Shown one piece after another: positions 45,102-54,527 of a DNA stretch of 64,000 nt; the first letter of the stretch is position 1; every line of letters starts with the position of its first letter. The DNA lies in NCBI GenBank assembly GCA_964395625.1, contig CAYNAR010000005.1:6537-70536 (forward strand), read 5' to 3'. The translations under genes and the position numbers were made by a program. Below the pieces are notes generated by a model that saw only the letters and a list, made by a program, of their open reading frames with translations, had not been told where the DNA came from and ran no database searches. The DNA comes from an uncultured Gammaproteobacteria bacterium. GTDB lineage: Bacteria; Patescibacteriota; Patescibacteriia; Patescibacteriales; WJLG01.

Positions 45102-47846
45102 ATGGAGGAAATTAAGGATAAAATCGAATTCGTGAACTGTGACGAATGTAACGGCACTGGTTTTTCTGACAAGAAAAAAGTTTGCAATAATTGTCACGGA
45201 CAAGGCCTTGGGGCTTTTTTTCTTGGTAATTTTTTGTATTGCAAATCCAGTATCGACAGGGAGAGTATCTCTTCGCGGGCTATGCGAAAGAGGATTATTT
45301 CCGCCATTGATGTTATCTCCTATATCTTTTTTGTCGTCGGCATAGGCTCTATTTTTTTCTATTTGATAAAGAACGATGTTGTTAGTAATTCTCGCTGGAC
45401 GGATGTCTTACAAGACAAGAGTATTTTTATTTTATTTTTCTATTTTTCCTGTCTGTCTTTTTCTTTCTTGATCTATAGAAATAGTCAAAAAAGGCAAGAG
45501 AGGGAAAAGATAAAGAAGCTTCATGAGAGCGAGACTTTTCCGGATAATTGGGGTGATTTGCGCAAATACAAAAGAAGCGTCGAAGTTTTGTCGATGTGCA
45601 ATGAAAACACTTTTCATCTATTGGAGTGTTCTTACCTTTTGGCACGTCGTCTTAAAAATAAGGAAATCAGAGCTCTTCATGTTTTTTCGGTATTTATAGA
45701 AAAGTCCGTGGAAGTAAAATCCCTCCTATTTCGTTTAAATGTCGATTTGTCCGCAATTAAGGAGAAAATCGATAATCAACTTTCTTTGCTTGAGAAAGAT
45801 CTTGTTTCTGGTGAAAATGTCGAATTCGGCTTATCGACCAAGGAAGTTTTAATAGAATCTTTTATAGACGCTTATAATAACAAACAAAAAGACATAAAGG
45901 CATTGAATGTTTTTTCTTTTTGTTTTGAAAAGGAGTCTATAATAAAGGAGATTCTCCTTGATTTTAAAGTCAATGAGAACAAGATAAAAAACACGATAAC
46001 TTGGTTTCGTATAAACGATAAACAGATAGAGAATTATAAGCTGTATAAAAAATTAGCACATTATAAGCCGTCGTCTTCGATGGATCGCGCTTACACTGCG
46101 GTAGCAACTCCTTTTTTGAATAATTTCGGCTATGATTTGACCTTGGCCGCCAAGTGGGGGCGTCTTGATGTTTGTGTCGGCAGGGACAAGGAAATAAGAA
46201 GTATTTTTGAAGCTTTAGAAGGTGGTAGCGCCGGAGCCCTACTTACTGGCCCAGATGGAGTTGGTAAGCGCTCCGTTATTAATGGTATTGCCAGGGAGAT
46301 GGTTATGGAGGAGGATATTCCTATGATTTTGAAAGATAAGCGACTCATTGAGTTGGATGTCGCAAGATTAGTTTCTGGCGCTTCGCCGACTGTCGCCCAA
46401 GAAAGGATGTTGACCATAATAGATGAGATAAATCGTGCCGGCAATATCGTTCTTTTTCTTGAGAACCTTGAAAATATCGTCGGCATAGCAGCGGGAGGTG
46501 AGGAGAGTTTAGAGCTTTCGGAAGTTCTTTCCGGAGAGTTGGATAGAGGGGCTCTGCTTTGTTTTGCCACAGTCTCGGAAAGTAATTATATAAAGTATAT
46601 AGACAATAAGGCTATTGGAAATGTTTTTGCCAGGATAAAGATAGGCGAGCCGGTCGGAGATCAAGCTATGATGATGTTAGAAAGCAAAATAGGATATATA
46701 GAGGCAAAACACGGCGTATTTTTCTCTTATAACGCGGTAGAGGCGGCAAGGGATCTTTCCGTTAAATTCATCCATGATAAATACCTTCCGACTAAAGCAG
46801 TCGATATTCTGGAAAAGACAGCCGCTCGTCTTAGTAGTAGAAAGAAAGGCGAGACCGTGGTCTGCGATCGCAACGATATCGCCTTGACCATAAATCAGAT
46901 GACCGACATTCCGGTACAGGACTTGGAGGAGGGTGAAGGCGAGAAATTATTAAATCTGGAAGAGGAGATGCATAAGTACATGATCGGTCAGCACGAAGCC
47001 GTGCAAATGGTAGCCGACGCTTTGCGTCGTTCTCGAGCGGAACTGCGTTCAGGAAATAGACCGATAGCTAATTTTTTATTCCTTGGTCCGACCGGTGTCG
47101 GTAAGACGGAATTGGCTAAAACTATAACTAGGGTTTATTTTCAAAAAAAGGACTTCATGATTCGTCTTGATATGAGTGAATATCAGCACGAGGACAGTGT
47201 TAAAAAGATGATTGGCGATGTCGACGGTGTTCAAGGGTATTTGACTGAGTCTGTCCGCCAGAAGCCTTTTTCTCTTGTTCTGCTTGACGAATTCGAGAAG
47301 GCTAATCCCAAGATATTCAACCTTTTTTTGCAAGTAATGGATGATGGACGTCTCACTGACGGCCAAGGAAGAACGATTGATTTTACAAATAGCATAATAA
47401 TAGCTACCTCCAATGCTGGTTCTGATTATGTGCAGGAACAGGTTCGAAATAATGTGCCAATGGAACAAATAAAGGAAGTTTTGATAAATGATCATCTATC
47501 AAAGGTGATGAGGCCGGAGTTGGTGAATCGTTTTGACGGAATAATCATATTCAAACCGTTAACCGAGAGTGATATTGAACAAATAGCTGGTTTAATGTTA
47601 AAAGATATAAAATCACTTCTCGAGGAGAAGGGCGTCGGTTTGGAAGTTTCACCAAGTGGTCTTAGTGTTTTGGCGGCTGCCGGATATGATCCCAAATTCG
47701 GTGCACGCCCATTGCGTCGCCTGATCCAAGAGAAAGTAGAGAATGAGATCGCTAAGAAACTTCTTTCCGGCGAAATAAAGAGGCGCGATGTGGTCTTTAT
47801 AGACGACGCGGCCGAGATAGTAGTTAAAAAAGGAATGGAGCTTTAA
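45102..47846 (+). CDS. Membrane-anchored Clp/Hsp100-family AAA+ ATPase with N-terminal DnaJ-type zinc finger and degenerate first Walker A
   Basis: N-terminal 'CDECNGTG...CNNCHGQG' (two CxxCxGxG repeats) then two TM helices. Clp-N-like repeats. D1 'LLTGPDGVGKRS' (Walker A Thr/Ser replaced by Arg). D2 '[18 protein letters not shown]' intact. No long M-domain and no IG[FL] ClpP loop. Confidence 0.8.
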   Translation: MEEIKDKIEFVNCDECNGTGFSDKKKVCNNCHGQGLGAFFLGNFLYCKSSIDRESISSRAMRKRIISAIDVISYIFFVVGIGSIFFYLIKNDVVSNSRWTDVLQDKSIFILFFYFSCLSFSFLIYRNSQKRQEREKIKKLHESETFPDNWGDLRKYKRSVEVLSMCNENTFHLLECSYLLARRLKNKEIRALHVFSVFIEKSVEVKSLLFRLNVDLSAIKEKIDNQLSLLEKDLVSGENVEFGLSTKEVLIESFIDAYNNKQKDIKALNVFSFCFEKESIIKEILLDFKVNENKIKNTITWFRINDKQIENYKLYKKLAHYKPSSSMDRAYTAVATPFLNNFGYDLTLAAKWGRLDVCVGRDKEIRSIFEALEGGSAGALLTGPDGVGKRSVINGIAREMVMEEDIPMILKDKRLIELDVARLVSGASPTVAQERMLTIIDEINRAGNIVLFLENLENIVGIAAGGEESLELSEVLSGELDRGALLCFATVSESNYIKYIDNKAIGNVFARIKIGEPVGDQAMMMLESKIGYIEAKHGVFFSYNAVEAARDLSVKFIHDKYLPTKAVDILEKTAARLSSRKKGETVVCDRNDIALTINQMTDIPVQDLEEGEGEKLLNLEEEMHKYMIGQHEAVQMVADALRRSRAELRSGNRPIANFLFLGPTGVGKTELAKTITRVYFQKKDFMIRLDMSEYQHEDSVKKMIGDVDGVQGYLTESVRQKPFSLVLLDEFEKANPKIFNLFLQVMDDGRLTDGQGRTIDFTNSIIIATSNAGSDYVQEQVRNNVPMEQIKEVLINDHLSKVMRPELVNRFDGIIIFKPLTESDIEQIAGLMLKDIKSLLEEKGVGLEVSPSGLSVLAAAGYDPKFGARPLRRLIQEKVENEIAKKLLSGEIKRRDVVFIDDAAEIVVKKGMEL

Positions 47847-47849
47847 AAA

Positions 47850-48875
47850 ATGTTTCAATATATCGCAATTTGTCTAGTCGCTTTTTCTTTGTCTTTATTG
47901 TTTACACTTATAATTGAGAAAGTAGCTTGGAAGTTTAAGGCGCTTGATTATCCATCAGCAAGAAAGATACATGTCGGTCCAACACCCCTTTTGGGTGGAG
48001 TGGCTGTTTTTTGTTCTTTCTTTGTATCGATATTTCTTTTTAAAAACAACCTTTTGGTTGGTGATCTTGGTGCATGGAATTGGGTTTGGTTTTTTGCCGG
48101 TGGTGTTTTCTTAATTATTGGTGGTGTTTGGGATGATTTTAAGAATCTACCACCATCCAAACAGCTTGTGTTTCCGTGTTTAGCCGTAATTTGCGTTTTG
48201 ATTGGTGATATAGGCATCGAAAAAATAGGCAATCCTTTTGGCGGACTGCTTTTTTTTAATAGTGTTTTATCCGATGTCCTTACTGTCGTTTGGTTGATGT
48301 TGATGATGTATACGACAAAACTATTGGATGGGGTCGACGGATTAGTGACGGGCGTGTCGGTCATTGGCGGTTTTACTATCTTTTTATTCACTGCAACCAC
48401 TAAGTATAGCCAGCCGGATATAGCATTGGCCTCGATTGCTTTAGCTGGGGCCGGTATTGGTTTTTTGATTCGTAACTGGAATCCGGCTAAGATTTTTCTT
48501 GGCGAATCTGGTTCATTGTTTTTTGGTTATTCATTGGGTGTCCTGTCTATAATATCTGGTGGTAAGATAGCTATCGCTTTGCTTGTTCTCGGATTACCTT
48601 TATTAGATGTCGTTTGGACGATATTAAGAAGGTTGTTAGCTGGCAATAATCCATTCAAGGCTTCTGACAAGAAGCACTTGCACCATCGTTTTATGGAGTT
48701 GGGTCTTTCTCAAAGAAAGACAGCCTTGCTGTTTTATTTTGTTTCCGCCTTTTTCGGTTTGAGTGGTTTATTTTTGCAGAGTCTGGGAAAGCTGGCGGCT
48801 GTTTCAGCCCTATTTTTATTAATGGCTGTTTTTGTTGTTTTCTTTTCGATACATGAGAGGAAAAAAAAATCTTAA
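47850..48875 (+). CDS. MraY/WecA-family polyprenyl-phosphate N-acetylhexosamine-1-phosphate transferase
   Basis: 10-11 TM helices. 'DDFKNLPPSKQL' and 'LDGVDGL' are conserved MraY/WecA cytoplasmic-loop motifs. Confidence 0.85.
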   Translation: MFQYIAICLVAFSLSLLFTLIIEKVAWKFKALDYPSARKIHVGPTPLLGGVAVFCSFFVSIFLFKNNLLVGDLGAWNWVWFFAGGVFLIIGGVWDDFKNLPPSKQLVFPCLAVICVLIGDIGIEKIGNPFGGLLFFNSVLSDVLTVVWLMLMMYTTKLLDGVDGLVTGVSVIGGFTIFLFTATTKYSQPDIALASIALAGAGIGFLIRNWNPAKIFLGESGSLFFGYSLGVLSIISGGKIAIALLVLGLPLLDVVWTILRRLLAGNNPFKASDKKHLHHRFMELGLSQRKTALLFYFVSAFFGLSGLFLQSLGKLAAVSALFLLMAVFVVFFSIHERKKKS

Positions 48876-48876
48876 T

Positions 48877-49788
48877 ATGAGAAAAAGACTATATATTTTT
48901 ATTTTAATTTGCTGGTTAGTTGGAATATTTTCCCTCATGCTCGTTCCTATGCCACCAGTTCCGGATGTTGTCAAAAAGATAACTCTCTATGATAAAGGGG
49001 CTCATCTTATCTTTTTTTCAGTGACTAATTTTTTATTATTGACGATTATTTACAGATTTAAAAAATTCAATTTTTTCATATCGGCGGTTTTGGCATCCTT
49101 CATCTCTTTGGCCTTAGCTTTTTTGGCGGAGGAGATGCAAACCTTTATTCCGGGAAGAGAAAATTCCTCTTTGGATTTTTTGGCCGGAGCCATAGGAGTG
49201 GCTATTTCTTGTCCAATAGCCTACGTGTTCAATCATGATCCGAGAAAGAGATTGGCTCTTCATGTCTGCTGTGCGCCTTGCACTACGGCCGTCTATGAGG
49301 ATTTATCCAAAGAATACAATATCGAATTCTTTTTTTCCAATGCCAATATTTTTCCAAAGAGCGAGTATGAAAAGAGACTTAGGGAGGTTAAAAAGCTTGG
49401 TAAGATATTCAACGTTAGGGTTGTAGAGGATAGGTATTCTCATAAGGCGTGGAGGAAGTTTATTTCCGGAATGGAAAACGATAAGGAGGGCGGTAGTCGT
49501 TGCGATCATTGTTTTTCTTTTAGGTTGAGTAGGGTGGCTGCAAAGGCGAAGAGTATGGGTTTTAGCATGTTTGCCACAACTTTAAGTATTAGTCCTCATA
49601 AAAATACTGAAAAAATAAATAGATGCGGCAGGGAGGCTGGCGAAAGATACGGCATGAGTTTCTTAGGTTATGACTTCAAAGAGAACGATGGTTTTAAAAG
49701 GTCCATCGTTTTGTCAAAGAATTTTGGCTTATATAGGCAAAAATATTGTGGGTGTGAATTTTCTATGCCAGATAGGGTTAAAATTTGA
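48877..49788 (+). CDS. queH: Fusion: VanZ-like membrane domain plus epoxyqueuosine reductase QueH (DUF208)
   Basis: N-terminal ~130 aa with 3-4 TM helices (VanZ-like). C-terminal 'LHVCCAPC...FFFSNANIFPKSEYEKR...CDHCFSFR...YCGCE' matches QueH Cys motifs. Start at ATG 48877. Confidence 0.75.
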   Translation: MRKRLYIFILICWLVGIFSLMLVPMPPVPDVVKKITLYDKGAHLIFFSVTNFLLLTIIYRFKKFNFFISAVLASFISLALAFLAEEMQTFIPGRENSSLDFLAGAIGVAISCPIAYVFNHDPRKRLALHVCCAPCTTAVYEDLSKEYNIEFFFSNANIFPKSEYEKRLREVKKLGKIFNVRVVEDRYSHKAWRKFISGMENDKEGGSRCDHCFSFRLSRVAAKAKSMGFSMFATTLSISPHKNTEKINRCGREAGERYGMSFLGYDFKENDGFKRSIVLSKNFGLYRQKYCGCEFSMPDRVKI

Positions 49789-49820
49789 TTTATAGCCGGT
49801 AAATAAGGTATAATTAAAAC

Positions 49821-50147
49821 ATGACTAAAGAAAAATGGAGTAGTATTTTAGGTAATGTTTTGGACAATTTTGACGTCTTGGAGCATGAGAAGGGTTTCAT
49901 CGAAGAAGAGGGTGGAATAGATTTGGAATACGTGGTTTTTAATGGTCCGATCGGCAAAATGAGGCTTGAATTTGTCGAGAAGCCGGTGGTATTGGGAAAG
50001 AAGACTAATTATTCCAATAGAATAGGTTCTGAAACTGCAGTGGAGTATGTATATAGCGATAGCGAAAAAACATCGCGTCTTATGGCCTACAAATGGAGTG
50101 ATGAGGATGATGATTGGGTTGAAGTAAGCGAGAAAAGCTTCCAGTGA
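49821..50147 (+). CDS. Hypothetical protein (108 aa)
   Basis: ORF only. Acidic C-terminus. Confidence 0.4.
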   Translation: MTKEKWSSILGNVLDNFDVLEHEKGFIEEEGGIDLEYVVFNGPIGKMRLEFVEKPVVLGKKTNYSNRIGSETAVEYVYSDSEKTSRLMAYKWSDEDDDWVEVSEKSFQ

Positions 50148-50148
50148 T

Positions 50149-50892
50149 ATGAAAAAAAGTTTGTTTTTATTGTTTTTGACGCCGATTTTCGTCTTATTAC
50201 TATTAGAGGTTTTTTGTTTTAAGCCGGAATTGTCGTATTTGCCTTTTTTCGTTCTAACTGTTCTAATGGCGTTTGTCGTAAAAAAAATGATTGGTGGGAG
50301 TTTTTTTTCGTGGGAATATGTTGCCACCCTGGGATTCCCTTTAATGTTTATATTTTTTTCGGCAGCATATTCGATGCTGACTCCATTAGCCGTAATAAGA
50401 CAAGCAGTTTTTGGTCTAGTAATGATTTTTACCTTTCTTTATTTAAGGAATATTAGCAAAGAAGATAAGAGTGTATTCATTGAGAATATTTTTTCGTATG
50501 CCGGTTTTCTGTTGGTATTTTTCGCATTTTCATTTTTTTACGGATTAAGGGTTTTTCTTGGAACGTCTATAGTTTTACTGGTATGCCTAATTATGGGCTT
50601 GGTCGTATTGGTGATTTTGAATGTTTTTTGGGCAAATAGAATTGCGATAAAAAACTCGATGATTTATATTTTTTTAATTTCTTTGTTAATGACTCAAATA
50701 GCTTGGTCTCTTTATTTTCTATCCTTATCGTATAGCTATCTGGGGTTGATATTGGCCATGTGCTATTATATGGTTATCGGAGTGGTTAAGCCTTATTTGA
50801 GGGATTCACTAACTAAAAAAACAGTTATAGTATATTTGACTTGCGGAGTATCTGGCATAATGATTGTCATTTTTTCCGCCCAATGGTTATGA
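50149..50892 (+). CDS. Hypothetical polytopic membrane protein (about 8 TM)
   Basis: Highly hydrophobic 247-aa ORF. Its stop overlaps the next start (ATGA). Confidence 0.5.
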   Translation: MKKSLFLLFLTPIFVLLLLEVFCFKPELSYLPFFVLTVLMAFVVKKMIGGSFFSWEYVATLGFPLMFIFFSAAYSMLTPLAVIRQAVFGLVMIFTFLYLRNISKEDKSVFIENIFSYAGFLLVFFAFSFFYGLRVFLGTSIVLLVCLIMGLVVLVILNVFWANRIAIKNSMIYIFLISLLMTQIAWSLYFLSLSYSYLGLILAMCYYMVIGVVKPYLRDSLTKKTVIVYLTCGVSGIMIVIFSAQWL

Positions 50893-52046
50893 TAAATAAA
50901 AAAATGCCAACATGGATGATGCTATCATTAATGGTTTTGCTTTGTTTAGCCGCTGGTGTAACCGGCTCTTTATTGGTGAGAGCATATTTGCCAAGTGGAC
51001 AAGTGAATTCATTGAGTAGCGACTTGAATATATCAAGGGATAGTTTGAAGAGAGCTAATTTGATAATAGAAAATGCAAAAAAAATAGTTGTTGAGCAGGA
51101 TAGTAAAGTCAAAGAGACAGTCTCGTCTGGCAGAAATAGTATTGTTGGCGTATTTAAAAAGAAAAAAGAGGTGAGCGCCTCATCCGAAAAGAACTCCTTC
51201 TTGATTAATGACTATTATCATATGAACGGAGAGGAGACCGAGGGGCTTATAGTCACTAGCGATGGCTGGATTATCGCACCAAATCCGGAAAAGGGTCTTA
51301 GTGTTGACGAGTTGATAAAAAATTATGTCGTTGTCACTAAATCAAAAGATGTCTATTCTATCGACAGAGTAGAAAAGGCGGGGGTCGAGCCATATATTTT
51401 CATGCACCTTTCTTCCGTTAAAGATTTGCCGGTGAAACAGCTGGCTTCAAATGATTTATTATCCGATGGGCAGATGTTGGTTGCGGTCAATTGGGAGGGG
51501 AAGAGCTATGTGACTTCGCTTTTTGAAAAAAACAAACAAAGTTTCTATTACGAATCCAGTGATTCGCTTTCTGACAAGATTGTGCTTTCCGATAATTTAA
51601 ACAGCTTCTTTCAGACGGCTTTCGTTTTTAGTCTTAATGGCGAAGTGGTGGCGATATACGATCAAGGATCGGGTGTTACTTCGATGGGTTTATTTTTGCC
51701 GTTCATAAAAGGATTATTGGAAAATAGTGATTTTAAATACCCATCTCTTGGTTTTAATTATGTCGACCTTGGCTCATTGGTCACTAAAGACTCTAGGTAT
51801 GAAAAGGGCGCTATGATTATTTCTGATGGCAAGAGACCAGCTTTGGAAGTCGACAGTGCCGCAGCTGAAGCAGGCTTAAGGGAGGGTGATATAATTTTGT
51901 CGATCAATGGCGCTTCTGTGAATTCTGAAAATCATTTGTCTGCTCTACTGCAAAAATATCAAGCTGGCGATAGTGTGAGCTTGATTTATTTGAGAGAAGG
52001 GCAAGAGAGGAAAGTTGACGTTAAATTAAAAGAGTTGAAAAAATAA
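50889..52046 (+). CDS. Membrane-anchored PDZ-domain protein
   Basis: N-terminal TM (MMLSLMVLLCLAAGVTGSLLV). C-terminal 'GLREGDIILSINGASVNSENHLSALLQKYQAGDSVSLIYLREGQE' is a PDZ fold signature. No S1 protease triad. Confidence 0.55.
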   Translation: MINKKMPTWMMLSLMVLLCLAAGVTGSLLVRAYLPSGQVNSLSSDLNISRDSLKRANLIIENAKKIVVEQDSKVKETVSSGRNSIVGVFKKKKEVSASSEKNSFLINDYYHMNGEETEGLIVTSDGWIIAPNPEKGLSVDELIKNYVVVTKSKDVYSIDRVEKAGVEPYIFMHLSSVKDLPVKQLASNDLLSDGQMLVAVNWEGKSYVTSLFEKNKQSFYYESSDSLSDKIVLSDNLNSFFQTAFVFSLNGEVVAIYDQGSGVTSMGLFLPFIKGLLENSDFKYPSLGFNYVDLGSLVTKDSRYEKGAMIISDGKRPALEVDSAAAEAGLREGDIILSINGASVNSENHLSALLQKYQAGDSVSLIYLREGQERKVDVKLKELKK

Positions 52047-52053
52047 TATAAAG

Positions 52054-53220
52054 ATGCAAAAAATGAAAACAAAAACACTAAACAAAAAAGACGTAAAGGA
52101 TAAAGTAGTCTTTCTGCGGGTCGATTTCAACGTACCCATGAAAAATGGCAAGGTTAAGGATGAGACTAAAATAGTGGCGGTCTTACCTACTATAAGATTT
52201 TTGTCTCGTTATGGGGCGAAAATAGTGCTATCAACACATCTTGGTGATCCTGCCGGAAAAAAAGACAAGAAATTTTCTATTGCTCCTGTGGCAAGAAGGT
52301 TGTCTTCTATTTTGGGTGAAGAGAATAAAAAAGTTTATATAATGAGTGATATTTTTGGCGAGAAAGTCGAAAAAACCATTAATAAGGCGAAAAGTGGAGA
52401 GATTGTGTTTTTGGAAAACTTGCGCTTCGATAAGGGCGAGGAGGAGAATGACGATGTTTTTGCCGGTAAATTAGCTGCCATGGCTGATTTGTATGTCAAT
52501 GAAGCTTTTTCCGTGTGTCATCGAAAACATGCCTCGGTCAATGCAATTAAAAAGCACCTACCATCATATAGTGGACTTCTCTTGACTAAGGAAGTGGAAA
52601 TGCTCAATCGCGTTTTGAAGCCGGCGAAACCTTTAGTCGTCCTTATGGGTGGTGCCAAGATAAAGACAAAGATAAATTTGATAAAGAATTTGGATAAAAA
52701 AGCCTCCAAGATATTGATTGGCGGCGGATTGGCTAATACGTTTCTCAAGGCCATGGGTTTAAAAGTCGGAAAATCGTTGATCGATAAAGAAGGAATAGAG
52801 ATAGCTAAAAAACTTTTACAGAACAAAAAAATAGTCCTTCCAGTGGATGCTGTGACGAGTACTAGTCCGGACGGGAAGCCTGTTTTAAAAAAAGTCACCG
52901 ATATAAAAAAGGACGACTATATTTTTGATATTGGTCCTGAGACCATCCGTCTATACTCAGAAATTATCAAGGGGGCTAAGACACTTGTTTGGAACGGTCC
53001 ATTGGGAATGTTCGAAAAAGAATCTTTTAAGCATGGCACTCTCGCACTCGCTTCTTTGATAGCGTCAAAGTCGAAGGGAAGGACTTTTGGCGTTGTTGGT
53101 GGAGGGGAGACTATTGAGGCTATAAACATGACAAAGATGCAATCCCATGTGGATTGGGTCTCTACTGGCGGAGGAGCTATGCTGTCTTATCTTGGTGGTG
53201 AAAAGATGCCAGGACTATGA
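52054..53220 (+). CDS. pgk: Phosphoglycerate kinase
   Basis: 'VFLRVDFNVP' N-terminal signature and C-terminal 'GGGA' nucleotide-binding motif. Confidence 0.95.
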   Translation: MQKMKTKTLNKKDVKDKVVFLRVDFNVPMKNGKVKDETKIVAVLPTIRFLSRYGAKIVLSTHLGDPAGKKDKKFSIAPVARRLSSILGEENKKVYIMSDIFGEKVEKTINKAKSGEIVFLENLRFDKGEEENDDVFAGKLAAMADLYVNEAFSVCHRKHASVNAIKKHLPSYSGLLLTKEVEMLNRVLKPAKPLVVLMGGAKIKTKINLIKNLDKKASKILIGGGLANTFLKAMGLKVGKSLIDKEGIEIAKKLLQNKKIVLPVDAVTSTSPDGKPVLKKVTDIKKDDYIFDIGPETIRLYSEIIKGAKTLVWNGPLGMFEKESFKHGTLALASLIASKSKGRTFGVVGGGETIEAINMTKMQSHVDWVSTGGGAMLSYLGGEKMPGL

Positions 53221-53264
53221 TTGTATAAATTAAAAGCGACTTTTAATTTAAAATTCTTTAATCT

Positions 53265-54527
53265 ATGTCAAAAATCAAGGAGATAAAGGGAAGGGAAATA
53301 TTGGATAGTTGTGGCAATCCGACCGTCGAAGTGATTATTCGCTCCGATGATGGTTTTTTTTCTTGTGCAAGTGTCCCAACTGGCGTTTCCACTGGCGAAT
53401 TGGGTGCCTTGGAGTTGCGCGATCGAGACCCAAGAAGATATCATGGAATGGGTGTTTTGCGCGCCATCGAGAATATTGAGAAAAAAATATCTCCAGCGAT
53501 TCTTGGTATGGACGTTTTTGATCAAAAAGGTATCGATGAGACAATGATTTCTTTAGACGGTTCCGATAATAAGATGAATTTGGGTGCTAATGCTGTTTTC
53601 TCGGTTTCTTTAGCTGTATCACGTTTGGCTGCTAAGGTGAAAGGATTAGAGCTTTACGCCTATCTGGGTGAAAGCTTTGATTTTGGTGCTCCGTCACTAC
53701 CGACACCTTGTTTTAATATGTTCAATGGCGGGAAATATGCCGACACCAATCTTGATTTTCAAGAATTCATGATAGTACCGTTGGGTAAAAAAACAGTATC
53801 TGAAAAAGTAAGGATGGGTTCTGAAATATTCTGCGAGCTTGCTAAAGTTTTAAGAAAAGGTGGTTTTGACACCGATGTAGGAAGTGAAGGAGGATATTCT
53901 CCTGATATAAGTTCTAGTGTTCAAGCGATAGAATTTATGTTATCGGCTTCGATAAATGCCGGTTACAAACCGAAGATCGATGTCGGAGTTGGTATAGATA
54001 TCGGCTCTTCGGAATTATTCGATTCCTATAAGAATAGTTATATTTTTAAATTGGATAGAGCTGTTTTTTCAAGTAAAACTTTGATTGGTCTTTATAATGA
54101 GTGGCTTAAGGATTTTCCAATCGTTTTTCTGGAAGACGGATTGTCTTATGACGATTGGAGTTCTTGGAGTGAACTCACTTCTGAGCTTGGTGGCAAAATA
54201 ATGGTAGTCGGGGACGATGTTTTCTCTTCGGACCAATCTAGGCTCAGAAAAGGGCTAAAGGAAAAGGCCGGCAATTCCATTGTTGTCAAACCAAGTCAGG
54301 CTGGAACTGTGACCGAGACGATGGATTGTGTAAAATTAGCAAAAAGACATAATTATAAAATAGTTATTTCTCATAGTTATGGCGAGACTAACGATGATTT
54401 TATAGCTGACTTATCTGTCGCTGTTGGAGCGGATTTTATAAAAGCAGGGTCGCTTTCTCGAGGTGAGAGAGTTTCCAAATATAATAGATTGATGGAGATA
54501 GAAAGAATAATGAAAATAAAAATATGA
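53265..54527 (+). CDS. eno: Enolase
   Basis: 'KGREILDSCGNPTVEV' N-terminus and 'SHSYGETNDDFIADLSVA...KAGSLSRGERVSKYNRLMEIE' C-terminal signature. Confidence 0.95.
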   Translation: MSKIKEIKGREILDSCGNPTVEVIIRSDDGFFSCASVPTGVSTGELGALELRDRDPRRYHGMGVLRAIENIEKKISPAILGMDVFDQKGIDETMISLDGSDNKMNLGANAVFSVSLAVSRLAAKVKGLELYAYLGESFDFGAPSLPTPCFNMFNGGKYADTNLDFQEFMIVPLGKKTVSEKVRMGSEIFCELAKVLRKGGFDTDVGSEGGYSPDISSSVQAIEFMLSASINAGYKPKIDVGVGIDIGSSELFDSYKNSYIFKLDRAVFSSKTLIGLYNEWLKDFPIVFLEDGLSYDDWSSWSELTSELGGKIMVVGDDVFSSDQSRLRKGLKEKAGNSIVVKPSQAGTVTETMDCVKLAKRHNYKIVISHSYGETNDDFIADLSVAVGADFIKAGSLSRGERVSKYNRLMEIERIMKIKI

